This document shows, piece after piece, positions 50,421 to 59,805 of a stretch of DNA of 64,000 bases. Within the stretch, counting starts at the first letter, position 1; every line of letters begins with the position of its first letter. A program made the translations under genes and the position numbers. The DNA lies in assembly GCA_964540515.1 (NCBI GenBank), contig CAZIMS010000003.1, positions 10,010 to 74,009 on the forward strand, read 5' to 3'. The notes beneath the pieces are model-generated. The model did not search any database. It saw nothing but the letters and a program-made list of their open reading frames with translations, and was not told where the DNA came from. The DNA comes from an uncultured Pseudomonadota bacterium (GTDB lineage Bacteria; CALINM01).

Positions 50421-52201
50421 TGATATCTTTTAAAAAAATAAAAAATGAAAAAATTTATTCTTATTTAGCTTTTATAGTTTTTATAAGCCTTTTAGTCTTT
50501 GCTAATACCCTCTTTTTTGACTATGTGTGGGATGATACTCACCAGATTAAATATAACAGGTCTCTAAGGGATATCAAAAACATTTATGATTTCTTTCTCA
50601 GCCCAATACCTGAGATGCCCATGTATTACCGCCCCATCTTTATGTTGTCACTATTAATTGATTATCAGATATGGGGACCTTCTCCCTTTGGGTTTCATCT
50701 AACTAATATCTTACTAAACATTTTCTCTAATATACTAATTTTCATTGTAGTAGAAAGAATTTTTAAATCGAGGGCTATTGCCTTTATAGCAGCTCTTATA
50801 TTTGCTGTTCATCCATCCCATTCTTCATCGGTATCTTATATATCAGCAAGAAATGAGTTACTTTGTGGTTTTTTTGTTCTCCATGCCTTTTCTTTTTATA
50901 CAAAATATAAGATGGAAAGAAACAAGAGAATACATCTTTTATTAAGTCTTACTTTTTACATTCTTGCTTTACTATCTAAAGAAATGGCTATTACTATGCC
51001 TTTTCTTGTTTTACTTTATGAGTATGCCTTTCACAAAGAAGATATAAGAAGAGACTTTAAGCATATATTTCTATTTATCTTTACTACATTCATTTATTTC
51101 TTAATTAGGCTACTTGTTTTAGAAGCAGAAGCACAAAGCTTTCCTCTTTTATGGAGATTGGCTACATTCTCGAAGGTACTTTTATATGACCTCTTTATGC
51201 TTTTTTTTCCCTTCTTTCATAAGGCCTTCCATAAAGTTGAGATCTTAGAGGGTTTTTCTAACTTTTTATCGTTATTATATCTTTTGTGTGTCCTGCTGAT
51301 TTTGGCTTTAACTATCTTTTTAAGCAAGTATGATAGGAGACTCTTTTTCCCCTTTACATGGATTATTATCTCATTAATTCCGGCAACAACTATAATAACT
51401 TTTATTTACCCTACTCTTGTTGCCGAGAGATACCTATATATACCTTCTATGGGTTTGGCGATGTTTTTAGCTGTTTTTTATTATGATATTTATAATCTAA
51501 TTACAAAAAAATTTCCTCGAAAGGCCCTTTTCTTAAAAATAGCCTTTGGATTAATAACGCTGGTCTTTTTAGTGCTTACATTCGAAAGAAATTTTGAGTA
51601 TAAGGACAATCTAACTCTATGGAAGACTGCTAAAGAGGATGAGCCCTATGAGCCCTATGTTATAGATAAATTAGCGCAATCTCTAATTGAAAAAAAATAT
51701 TACGCTCAAGCTGAGGTGGAGCTTAAAAGGCTTGAGATGATAGACTATAATAACCCTCAGGTGCATCAAAAACTTGGTAATCTATATAAGAGATGGGGAA
51801 GATATGATTTAGCAGAGGCTAAATATTTATTAGCTCTAAAATTTGCACCAGATGACAACTTGGTTCTTGATGATCTTGCAGATTTATATAAGAGAAAGGG
51901 TGATTTAGATAGAGCATTAAGTATCTTTTTGCGCTCCATAGAGATAGAGCCTAAGGACTCTAATGTAAACTATGAAATAGGAGAGATCTTACTGCAAAAA
52001 AATGATTTATTTCAAGCAGAGAAGTTTTTCCTGAATGCCATTGCCTATAATCCAGATCATCATCTTGCCTTTTCGAGATTGGGAGAGATATATATGTTTA
52101 TAGGAAGAATAGATCTGGCTAAAGAGATGTTTAAGAAAGCCCTTGTATTAGAACCTGAAAATGAGGATTACAAAAACAAACTTTTGATGATAGGGCAATA
52201 G
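50420..52201 (+). CDS. TMTC/DUF1736-like TM+TPR GT-C glycosyltransferase (paralog)
   Basis: FDYVWDDTHQI, MYYRPIFML, SARNEL and VAERYLYIP, followed by C-terminal TPRs. Confidence 0.65.
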   Translation: MISFKKIKNEKIYSYLAFIVFISLLVFANTLFFDYVWDDTHQIKYNRSLRDIKNIYDFFLSPIPEMPMYYRPIFMLSLLIDYQIWGPSPFGFHLTNILLNIFSNILIFIVVERIFKSRAIAFIAALIFAVHPSHSSSVSYISARNELLCGFFVLHAFSFYTKYKMERNKRIHLLLSLTFYILALLSKEMAITMPFLVLLYEYAFHKEDIRRDFKHIFLFIFTTFIYFLIRLLVLEAEAQSFPLLWRLATFSKVLLYDLFMLFFPFFHKAFHKVEILEGFSNFLSLLYLLCVLLILALTIFLSKYDRRLFFPFTWIIISLIPATTIITFIYPTLVAERYLYIPSMGLAMFLAVFYYDIYNLITKKFPRKALFLKIAFGLITLVFLVLTFERNFEYKDNLTLWKTAKEDEPYEPYVIDKLAQSLIEKKYYAQAEVELKRLEMIDYNNPQVHQKLGNLYKRWGRYDLAEAKYLLALKFAPDDNLVLDDLADLYKRKGDLDRALSIFLRSIEIEPKDSNVNYEIGEILLQKNDLFQAEKFFLNAIAYNPDHHLAFSRLGEIYMFIGRIDLAKEMFKKALVLEPENEDYKNKLLMIGQ

Positions 52202-52246
52202 AGTATTTAGGTTTTTAAGGTATAAAATTAAAAATTATCTGATAAA

Positions 52247-52978
52247 ATGATTTCTATGGATAAAGACATCTCTGTGGTCATTCCAGCCTATAATGAAGAA
52301 AAAATAATAGAGCAAACGGTAAAAAAAATTAGAGAATATCTAAGTTCGAAGGGATTTAGCTACGAGATTATAGCTGTAAATGATGGTTCTTCTGATAGGA
52401 CGGAAGAAATTTTGATAAAACTAAAAAATGAGATTGAGGAGCTAAAAGTTATTAATCATAAGGAAAATATGGGCAAAGGGAGATCTGTTAAAGATGGGGT
52501 TTTAAACTCTTTAGGAGAGCTAATATTATTTACAGATGCAGATCTGTCAGCTCCAATAGAAAACTTAGATGGGTTAATAGAAGAGTTAAAAAAGGGGTAC
52601 GATGTGGTTATCGCATCAAGAGAGATTGAAGGGGCAAAGGTAAGAAAAAGAACTTTAATTAGAAGGGTACTTAGCAAAGTTTTTAATCTTGCCATAAAAA
52701 TATTTGGTTTTAAAGGTTTTAGAGATACCCAGTGTGGTTTTAAACTTTTTAAATCTACTGTAGCCCAGTTTCTTTTTCTCAAATCAAGAATAAATGGATA
52801 TGCCTTTGATGTAGAGATACTGCATATAGCAGAAAAAAGGGGCTATAAAATAAAGGAATATCCCATCTTATGGATAGATAGAAAAGATTCAAAGATGAGG
52901 CTTTTTAAAGATGGACTAAGAATGCTGAAAGAGGTTATAAAGATTAGGTATTATGATTGGAAAGGCTATTATATATAA
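52247..52978 (+). CDS. GT2 glycosyltransferase, polyprenyl-phosphate sugar synthase (Dpm1-like), copy 3
   Basis: ISVVIPAYNEEKII...IIAVNDGSSDRT...ILFTDADLSAP. Confidence 0.8.
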   Translation: MISMDKDISVVIPAYNEEKIIEQTVKKIREYLSSKGFSYEIIAVNDGSSDRTEEILIKLKNEIEELKVINHKENMGKGRSVKDGVLNSLGELILFTDADLSAPIENLDGLIEELKKGYDVVIASREIEGAKVRKRTLIRRVLSKVFNLAIKIFGFKGFRDTQCGFKLFKSTVAQFLFLKSRINGYAFDVEILHIAEKRGYKIKEYPILWIDRKDSKMRLFKDGLRMLKEVIKIRYYDWKGYYI

Positions 52979-54602
52979 AGAGTGGAAGGAAAAACATTAT
53001 TATCTTTTTTTTATAGCTCTAAATCTTGTCTTATATTTTAATACACTATTTTTTGGTTTTGTCTGGGATGATATTAGACAGATTGTGTTTAATGATAGGC
53101 TAATATCTCAGATAGTAGATTTATCATTTCTCTTTAGCCCAGTAGGAGAAAATGTTTCTTACTATAGGCCAATCTTTTTTCTATCTTTAGCTATTGAGGC
53201 ATTTTTGTTTAAAGGACAGGCCTTTGGATTTCATTTAGGAAATATAATTTTACAGATATTGGTAGTTATTTTTATCTTTAAGCTTTTAAGAGCGATGAAT
53301 ATTGATAGTAGTTTGTCTCTTTTAACAGCTTTTATCTTTTCCATTCATCCGTCCCACTCGGAGCCTGTTTCTTGGATTTCTGCAAGAAATGAGATTTTAT
53401 ATAGTCTTTTTGGTTTAATCTCATTCTATCTTTATATTAGAGGTAGCTATCTTTCTTTTCTTTTTTTTGTCCTCTCTTTGCTTTCTAAAGAGACTGCCAT
53501 AATCTTACCAGTGCTGATCTTTCTTTATGAGATAATATTTAATGGCAAGTTAGAAAAAAAGCGAATCTTTTTCATCATTTCGTTCTTTTTATTGTCCTTT
53601 TGCTATTTAGTATTTAGGAAGTTTCTTCTTCCAGAACCTTTTGGCGACGAGGTTTATGTTAATGTAAGAGTTTTTACGACTATAAATAATTTAGCCTTTT
53701 ACTTAAAAAAGATGTTTTTTCCCTTTGATTTAAAAGTTTTTTACAGTGGTCTCATTAAAAATAGTTTTGATAGAGAGGTTGCTTTTTCGTTAATCACCCT
53801 AATCTTATTCTCCATTTTTAGCTTTTTAGTAGTTAGGAGGGATAGAAGAGTCCTTTTTTTTATCCTATGGTTTATTCTTCTTATTTTGCCTGTATCAGGT
53901 GTTGTTGTTACATCAACTATAACATATGGCTCTGATAGATATTTATATCTACCTTCTTTAGGGTTATCTTTTTTGTTTGCCCTTTTTTTATCAAAGCTGT
54001 CACCAAAAAAACTATTAATAGTACTTTGCTTTCTTCTATTTGTTTTAGGTGGCTATTCTGTAAAAAGAAATTTTTCCTACAAGGATCAGCCAACATTTAT
54101 CAATGAGGCATTAAAAGATGCGCCATCGGATCCTCTCGTTTTAAACGAAATCGGAGTTTATTATTATTTCATAGGGAGGCTTGATCTCGCAGAAGAGGTG
54201 TTTAAAAAGGTAATAGCTTTGAGTCCAAAAAGTTATGGTGGTTACTACGACCTTGCGAGGGTACAGTATGATATAGGGCTTTTATTGGAGGCGAAGGATA
54301 ATTTTCTAAAGGCCCTTGAGCTAAAACCCAACTTTTCACCAACATATTATTTCTTAGGAGAGATAGCTCTTAAAGAAAAAAGATTAGAAGAGGCATATAA
54401 ATTATTTTCCGATGCCATAAGATATAATAAAAACTATGCAGATGCTTACAATAGGCTTGGTGAGATTGAAGTATTAAAAGGAAACTTAAGAGAAGCTTAT
54501 TCGCTCTTTGAAAGAGCCTACTCCCTTGAGCCCGACAGAGATTACTTAAACAACATGAAGAAAATTGAGGGGTCTATAAATCCCTATTCCCCGAGAAGGT
54601 AA
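52953..54602 (+). CDS. TMTC/DUF1736-like TM+TPR GT-C glycosyltransferase (paralog)
   Basis: FGFVWDDIRQI, SYYRPIFFL, SARNEI and GSDRYLYLP, followed by C-terminal TPRs. Confidence 0.65.
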   Translation: MIGKAIIYKEWKEKHYYLFFIALNLVLYFNTLFFGFVWDDIRQIVFNDRLISQIVDLSFLFSPVGENVSYYRPIFFLSLAIEAFLFKGQAFGFHLGNIILQILVVIFIFKLLRAMNIDSSLSLLTAFIFSIHPSHSEPVSWISARNEILYSLFGLISFYLYIRGSYLSFLFFVLSLLSKETAIILPVLIFLYEIIFNGKLEKKRIFFIISFFLLSFCYLVFRKFLLPEPFGDEVYVNVRVFTTINNLAFYLKKMFFPFDLKVFYSGLIKNSFDREVAFSLITLILFSIFSFLVVRRDRRVLFFILWFILLILPVSGVVVTSTITYGSDRYLYLPSLGLSFLFALFLSKLSPKKLLIVLCFLLFVLGGYSVKRNFSYKDQPTFINEALKDAPSDPLVLNEIGVYYYFIGRLDLAEEVFKKVIALSPKSYGGYYDLARVQYDIGLLLEAKDNFLKALELKPNFSPTYYFLGEIALKEKRLEEAYKLFSDAIRYNKNYADAYNRLGEIEVLKGNLREAYSLFERAYSLEPDRDYLNNMKKIEGSINPYSPRR

Positions 54603-55971
54603 GCCATCTAATAGCCCTTTTAAAAACGTAGTAGAGATGTTCAAGGCTTTTTATGCTTTTTATAAAATCAATTATTATGCGGGGTCTGAAATAAAACTTG
54701 ATGAGAGCCTTCCTTCTATACCATGTAAGCTCTGAGACAGTAAGATTGGGAGGAGCCCATATTGTTGACTGTAAAGAGGGGCTAAACTTTTCCCAGTGGT
54801 CAATCTTTAAAAGGCCATCTCTTAAAAGCTCATGATAGATTGTTGTACCTGGTAGTGGCTGGAAGGTTGCAAAGGATGCCCTTCTAAGTGGGAGAGATAA
54901 GGCAAAATCTATAGTATTTTTAATATCATCCTTTGTCTCTCCAGGATATCCCAGTATAAAAAAGGCGTTTATGTCAAGATCAAACCTTTTTAGGAGCTCA
55001 ATTTTTTCCTTTATCTTCTCAACCGTTAGAGATTTCTTCATAAGTTTTAAAATTCTATTGCTTCCTGATTCTATTCCAATAGAAAGGGCATAGCATCCTG
55101 AGTTCTTCATATAAGAGACCATCTCTTCATCTAAAGTGTCAATTCTTACCCCATTCGGGCAAGTCCAAGTTATGTCTGGAAACTCCTCTTTTAGTTTTTT
55201 ACAGAAGGAGATGACATAATCTTTTTTAAAGGTAAAGTTGTCATCTTCAATATGAATCTCTTTTACGCCATAGTTATTGTATAGCAGTCTAATCTCATCA
55301 ATTACATTTTCAACACTTCTTTGTCTAATCCTTCTACCTGATACTATGTGTCCTCCACAGAAGGTGCACAAATAGGGACAGCCTCTTGAGGTAATAATAG
55401 GTGCTATAGGGTATTGTTTGAAAAATGCTCCGTGTGGAGCCATTGGATATGTATTAGGAGGTATAAGCTCCCATGCGACAGAGAAATCATCTAAATTTTC
55501 TGGAAATATAGGTGGGTTTTTATAAATTTTATCATCCTTTAAATAGGCTATACCTTCAATATCTTCAATATTAGGTTCCCCGGTTTCTAAATATCTTATA
55601 AGCTTTGGAAAGCCTATCTCGCTTTCGCCAATAAAAACATAATCAACGAGATTTTTGAAAAAGTTGAGAGTTTCATCAGGCAAAGCTGTTGGGTGGGGGC
55701 CACCAAGAATAGTCTTGGCATGCCTATTAGAAAACTTAATAATTTCAAGATATTTTTTGCAAAGAGATAGGTCTTTTGTGAATAGTGTTATACCTATAAC
55801 ATCATAATTTTTTATTTTATCAGGCAGTTGTTTTAAAGTAACGCCTTCTTTTAGGGCATCTAAAATTTTTACGTTATAATTTTTTATAACTGTAGAGGCT
55901 AAATACCCCAAAGATATGGGTGGTATAATCTCATCGGCTGTGCTATTTAGTTTGATGAGTAAGATATTCAT
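54574..55971 (-). CDS. B12-binding domain radical SAM protein, paralog of 35473-36945
   Basis: SRGCPYLCTFCGG radical SAM motif, and IRQRSVENV shared with the other copy. Its 3' end overlaps the convergent TMTC-like gene by 29 nt. Confidence 0.75.
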   Translation of the reverse strand: MNILLIKLNSTADEIIPPISLGYLASTVIKNYNVKILDALKEGVTLKQLPDKIKNYDVIGITLFTKDLSLCKKYLEIIKFSNRHAKTILGGPHPTALPDETLNFFKNLVDYVFIGESEIGFPKLIRYLETGEPNIEDIEGIAYLKDDKIYKNPPIFPENLDDFSVAWELIPPNTYPMAPHGAFFKQYPIAPIITSRGCPYLCTFCGGHIVSGRRIRQRSVENVIDEIRLLYNNYGVKEIHIEDDNFTFKKDYVISFCKKLKEEFPDITWTCPNGVRIDTLDEEMVSYMKNSGCYALSIGIESGSNRILKLMKKSLTVEKIKEKIELLKRFDLDINAFFILGYPGETKDDIKNTIDFALSLPLRRASFATFQPLPGTTIYHELLRDGLLKIDHWEKFSPSLQSTIWAPPNLTVSELTWYRRKALIKFYFRPRIIIDFIKSIKSLEHLYYVFKRAIRWLTFSGNRDL

Positions 55972-56277
55972 TGAGATTAATTTAACACAAGATATAACAT
56001 TTTGCCATAGACAAAAAAGGTAAAATGTTAAGCATTAGAGGCTTTTTATACATCTTTTTATATGTTAGTCAGGAAAGAGTTCATAAATTTTTTTTAAACT
56101 TAAGTGCTAAAAATATTTAAAATCCTGAGTATTTAGCTTGTATTAAGCGATAACTTGTATTAATGGCGCTATGAGTTTTTTAATATTTTTATAAAAGATT
56201 TTAGGAAAATGTTGAATTTATATACAATATCTGATATATTTGCCATAAAGGTTATCTCTTTCTAATTAAAGGAGCTT

Positions 56278-57267
56278 ATGATGACAGTAGGGACAACTCT
56301 TACAAAGTTTATCCTTGAAATGCAAAGGTCCTATCCAGAAGCAAAAGGTGAGTTTACCTCACTTATAAATGATGTTGCTACAGCTGCTAAGGTTGTTACA
56401 AGAGAAGTCAGAAAGGCTGGGCTTGTTGATATATTAGGCGGTACTGGTAAAGAGAATGTACATGGCGAAAAAGTGCAGAAGTTAGATGTTTTCGCTAACG
56501 AAACATTTATTAAACACTTAGAGCATACAGGATATCTCGCAGCCTTTGCATCGGAAGAGATGGACAATTTTTGTCCTGTGCCAGAGTATTATCCAAGAGG
56601 TAAGTATATAATGGTAATGGATCCTCTTGATGGCTCCTCAAATATTGATGTAAACATTAGTATTGGGACAATTTTTTGTGTATTCAAGAGGGTGAGCAAA
56701 GGAGATCATCCTGATGTAAGTGACTTTCTCCAAAGTGGGAGTAGGATAGTTGCTGCTGGCTATGTCATTTATGGTTCCAGCACAATGCTTGTATATTCAA
56801 CAGGTCAGGGTGTGCACGGATTTACTCTCGACCCCAGTATCGGAGAGTTTCTCCTTTCTCACGAGAATATAAAAATTCCTGCGAAGGGTAAAGTTTATAG
56901 TATTAACGAAGGCAATTTTAATATTTGGGAAGACTGGACAAAGAAATACGTAGAATACACAAAAAACAAGAGAGAAAAATCATTAAGATATGTAGGCACC
57001 CTTGTGGCAGATGTTCATAGAACACTTTTAAAGGGTGGTATCTTTTTATACCCAGGAGACAAGAAAAATCCAGAGGGGAAATTAAGACTTCTTTATGAGT
57101 GTCTTCCAATGGCTTATCTAATTGAACAAGCTGGCGGTATTGCTACAGATGGTAATATGAGAATCTTAGACAAAACCCCAAAAGATTTACACGAAAGGTC
57201 ACCTTTAATTATTGGAAGCATAGAAGATGTTAAGGATGTATTAAACTTTATAAAGGAGGAATTGTGA
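56278..57267 (+). CDS. fbp: Fructose-1,6-bisphosphatase class I
   Basis: A 329-aa protein with typical FBPase I blocks (LINDVATAAK, VMDPLDGSSNIDVN, YECLPMAYLIEQAGG). Confidence 0.85.
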   Translation: MMTVGTTLTKFILEMQRSYPEAKGEFTSLINDVATAAKVVTREVRKAGLVDILGGTGKENVHGEKVQKLDVFANETFIKHLEHTGYLAAFASEEMDNFCPVPEYYPRGKYIMVMDPLDGSSNIDVNISIGTIFCVFKRVSKGDHPDVSDFLQSGSRIVAAGYVIYGSSTMLVYSTGQGVHGFTLDPSIGEFLLSHENIKIPAKGKVYSINEGNFNIWEDWTKKYVEYTKNKREKSLRYVGTLVADVHRTLLKGGIFLYPGDKKNPEGKLRLLYECLPMAYLIEQAGGIATDGNMRILDKTPKDLHERSPLIIGSIEDVKDVLNFIKEEL

Positions 57268-58064
57268 AAAAGCTGATATTAATCATTTCTATTTTTATAT
57301 TAACTGCCTGTGCAGGCTCTTCTGATAAGGTTCAGACAGAGTATTTCAAAGATTTTCAGTCTCAGCTTGTTGCCCTATCACAAAGAGTTGATGCTCTGGA
57401 AGCAAAGGCAAGAAGAGAGTCAACCACTAAGTTAGATGTAACCGAAAAAATAGATAAGATAGAAGAAAGATTAGTATCTGTAGAAAAAAATATTGATAGA
57501 ATTAAGTCTAACCCGATCTTAGAGGTTACCGAATCGGCTAAACTGACTCCGGTCCCGACTTCAGGAGTTATAAGTATAAAACCTGAAGGTATCGTTAAGG
57601 TTGCAGAAGTAAAGGCTAAACAAGAGGCAGCAGAGATCAAGAAAGAAGAACCCAAGATAGAGGTGGCTAAAAAAGAAGAGAAACCTCTAATGTTAAAAGT
57701 AGTAGAGGAGAAAGAGACAAGTCAAAGCTTATACAACAAAGGTTATGAGATGTATAATCAAGGGAAATATCCCCAGACTATATCCATTTTTAGGGATTTT
57801 TTACAGAAATACCCAAAGGATAACTTAGCTGATAACGCACAGTATTGGATAGCAGAAAGTTATTATGCTCAAAAGCTTTTTGAGAAGGCTATAGAAGAGT
57901 TTAAAAAAGTAGAAAAACATCCTGATGGCAATAAAGCACCAGATGCCTATTATAAGATATATTTAGCCTATACGGAGATGGGAAAGAAAAAAGAAGCGGA
58001 AAAATGGAAGAAAGAGCTTTTGAAGAAATTTAAAGACTCGGAACCTGCAAAGAAAATTAAGTAA
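57264..58064 (+). CDS. CpoB/YbgF-like protein (coiled-coil plus C-terminal TPR); lipoprotein-type signal
   Basis: Lipobox LTAC, an N-terminal coiled coil, and a C-terminus NAQYWIAESYYAQKLFEKAIEEFKKVEKHPDGNKAPDAYYKIYLAY matching the YbgF/CpoB TPR region. Confidence 0.55.
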   Translation: MKKLILIISIFILTACAGSSDKVQTEYFKDFQSQLVALSQRVDALEAKARRESTTKLDVTEKIDKIEERLVSVEKNIDRIKSNPILEVTESAKLTPVPTSGVISIKPEGIVKVAEVKAKQEAAEIKKEEPKIEVAKKEEKPLMLKVVEEKETSQSLYNKGYEMYNQGKYPQTISIFRDFLQKYPKDNLADNAQYWIAESYYAQKLFEKAIEEFKKVEKHPDGNKAPDAYYKIYLAYTEMGKKKEAEKWKKELLKKFKDSEPAKKIK

Positions 58065-58081
58065 GCTTTTGGATATTATTT

Positions 58082-59146
58082 ATGAAAAAAAACTTTACCA
58101 AAACATTATTTTTAATAGCCTTAGCAGGTTTTTTTCTATCTAATCAGGCTTTACAAAGTCAAGAATATAAAGAACATACTGTTAGGAAAGGTGATACCCT
58201 CTGGGGGCTCTCTGAAAAATACAAAAAGGATCCCTTTAAATGGATTAACATATGGAAGTTAAACCCAAAGGTTACAGATCCTCACTGGATTTATCCGGGA
58301 TGGACTTTAAGGATATACAAAGATGAGATAGTTGTTAAGAAGAGTCAAGAGAAGGCTGAGCTTAAAGAAGAAACTGTTATGCCCGAGCCAACTGTAGAGA
58401 TTGAAGAAAAGGTTATATACGAAGAAAAGGCAAGAGAGATTGCCATTGAAGAGAAAAAAGAGGAAAAGGAGCAGGTAAAAAAGTATGTTTTAGAACTAAG
58501 AGAGTTAGAAAGACTGGGACTATTATTTCCTAAGCCAATAGATAGTAAGATTAAGATCTTAACCTCTGTGGATATTAACAAAAAGATGGGAGAATTAGGG
58601 ACAGAGTATTTTGTTGAAGGAGGCGATATAAACTCTGTAAAAGTAAATGATGTATATACAGTTGTTAGGTATAACAAAGACATAGTAGATTCTGTAACAG
58701 GACGTTTTTTCGGGAAATACTATACAAAAGTAGGCAAGATTAAGATTACGGAAGTATATCCAAATATGTCTGTTGGGAGAATAATTAAATCCTACAGAGA
58801 GATTAATGAGGGTGATATATTAGTTAAAGAAAAGGATATGGAGAACTATGAAGTAGTTCTTAATAGGGCTGACGTTTTTCTCGAAGGTACTATAATTGAT
58901 GGGATTGACCATAGTTTCTTTATTTCAGATAAAACCTTTGTTTTTGTTGACAAAGGGACCTCCGATGGGCTTTCAAAGGGGAATGTGTTGAAAATAGAGA
59001 AGATGTTAGGTGGAAAAAGTGAAAGGTATCTTGATCTAGGGAGAATGGTTGTTGTAAAGACCTGGGATAGCATCTCCTGTGCTTATGTAATTGAGATAAG
59101 GGATGTTGTTGAGGCAGGTTATAGATTTTCTACCTTTGTAAAGTAA
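58082..59146 (+). CDS. LysM domain-containing envelope protein
   Basis: Signal peptide, then HTVRKGDTLWGLSEKY...W..I...N, which is a LysM motif. Confidence 0.6.
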   Translation: MKKNFTKTLFLIALAGFFLSNQALQSQEYKEHTVRKGDTLWGLSEKYKKDPFKWINIWKLNPKVTDPHWIYPGWTLRIYKDEIVVKKSQEKAELKEETVMPEPTVEIEEKVIYEEKAREIAIEEKKEEKEQVKKYVLELRELERLGLLFPKPIDSKIKILTSVDINKKMGELGTEYFVEGGDINSVKVNDVYTVVRYNKDIVDSVTGRFFGKYYTKVGKIKITEVYPNMSVGRIIKSYREINEGDILVKEKDMENYEVVLNRADVFLEGTIIDGIDHSFFISDKTFVFVDKGTSDGLSKGNVLKIEKMLGGKSERYLDLGRMVVVKTWDSISCAYVIEIRDVVEAGYRFSTFVK

Positions 59147-59195
59147 CAAATATAAAGTTTACAAAATATTAGTTTCCTATTTATAAGGAGAAGAG

Positions 59196-59780
59196 ATGAA
59201 AAAACCTATAATATATTCCCTTTTAATATCTCTATTGCTTATTGGAGGAGCCTATTACTATTTCTTTATACTCCAATCAGAACCAGAAATATCACCACTT
59301 CCATCAAAGGTAAAGCTGGTAATGCCGCCTCTTTCTTCTGTGCAAGTGGCTAAAGAGACGAGCAAAGACACCAAAAAAGAAGAGAAAAAACCTGAGATAA
59401 AGAAGGAAGAGCCAAAATTAACTGGCAAGGAAGAGAAAAAGGTTGAGGCAAAAAAAGAAGAGCCAAAGAAAGTAGAGACTAAGGAAGCTGCAAAGGAGAA
59501 GGTAGAGGAAAAAAAGAAGGAAGTGCCTAAAAAGAAAGAAGAACCCAAAAAGCCAAGATATTATCAAGTGATTGCTGTGTTTAAAAACCAAGAAGAGGCA
59601 AAGTCTGTTAAAGATAACCTTCTGTCATTAGGTTACCATACTGCTAAGGTGGTTAATAAAAATGGGGTTAGCCATGTGATATTATCGCCCTTTACGGATT
59701 ATTACGAAGCAGATTATGTGAGGAAAAATATAGAGTTAGAGACAAAAAGAAAAGACTTTAAGACTAAAGCAGTTTATTGA
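59196..59780 (+). CDS. SPOR domain-containing protein (septal peptidoglycan binding)
   Basis: N-terminal transmembrane helix, a K/E-rich linker, and C-terminal YYQVIAVFKNQEEAKSVKDNLLSLGYHTAKVV, the SPOR fold signature. Confidence 0.65.
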   Translation: MKKPIIYSLLISLLLIGGAYYYFFILQSEPEISPLPSKVKLVMPPLSSVQVAKETSKDTKKEEKKPEIKKEEPKLTGKEEKKVEAKKEEPKKVETKEAAKEKVEEKKKEVPKKKEEPKKPRYYQVIAVFKNQEEAKSVKDNLLSLGYHTAKVVNKNGVSHVILSPFTDYYEADYVRKNIELETKRKDFKTKAVY

Positions 59781-59805
59781 TTAATAATAAAGAAAGGAGT
59801 AGAGT

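Noticed and set aside
21300-56000. Glycosylation island as a horizontally acquired mobile element
   Set aside because: There is no integrase, transposase, tRNA flank or direct repeats. Base composition and codon usage match the flanking housekeeping genes.
57600-59560. K/E-rich low-complexity stretches (KKEE repeats) in the CpoB-like and SPOR proteins as DNA repeats
   Set aside because: These are charged linker regions at the protein level, not nucleotide tandem repeats. Codon choice varies between the copies.
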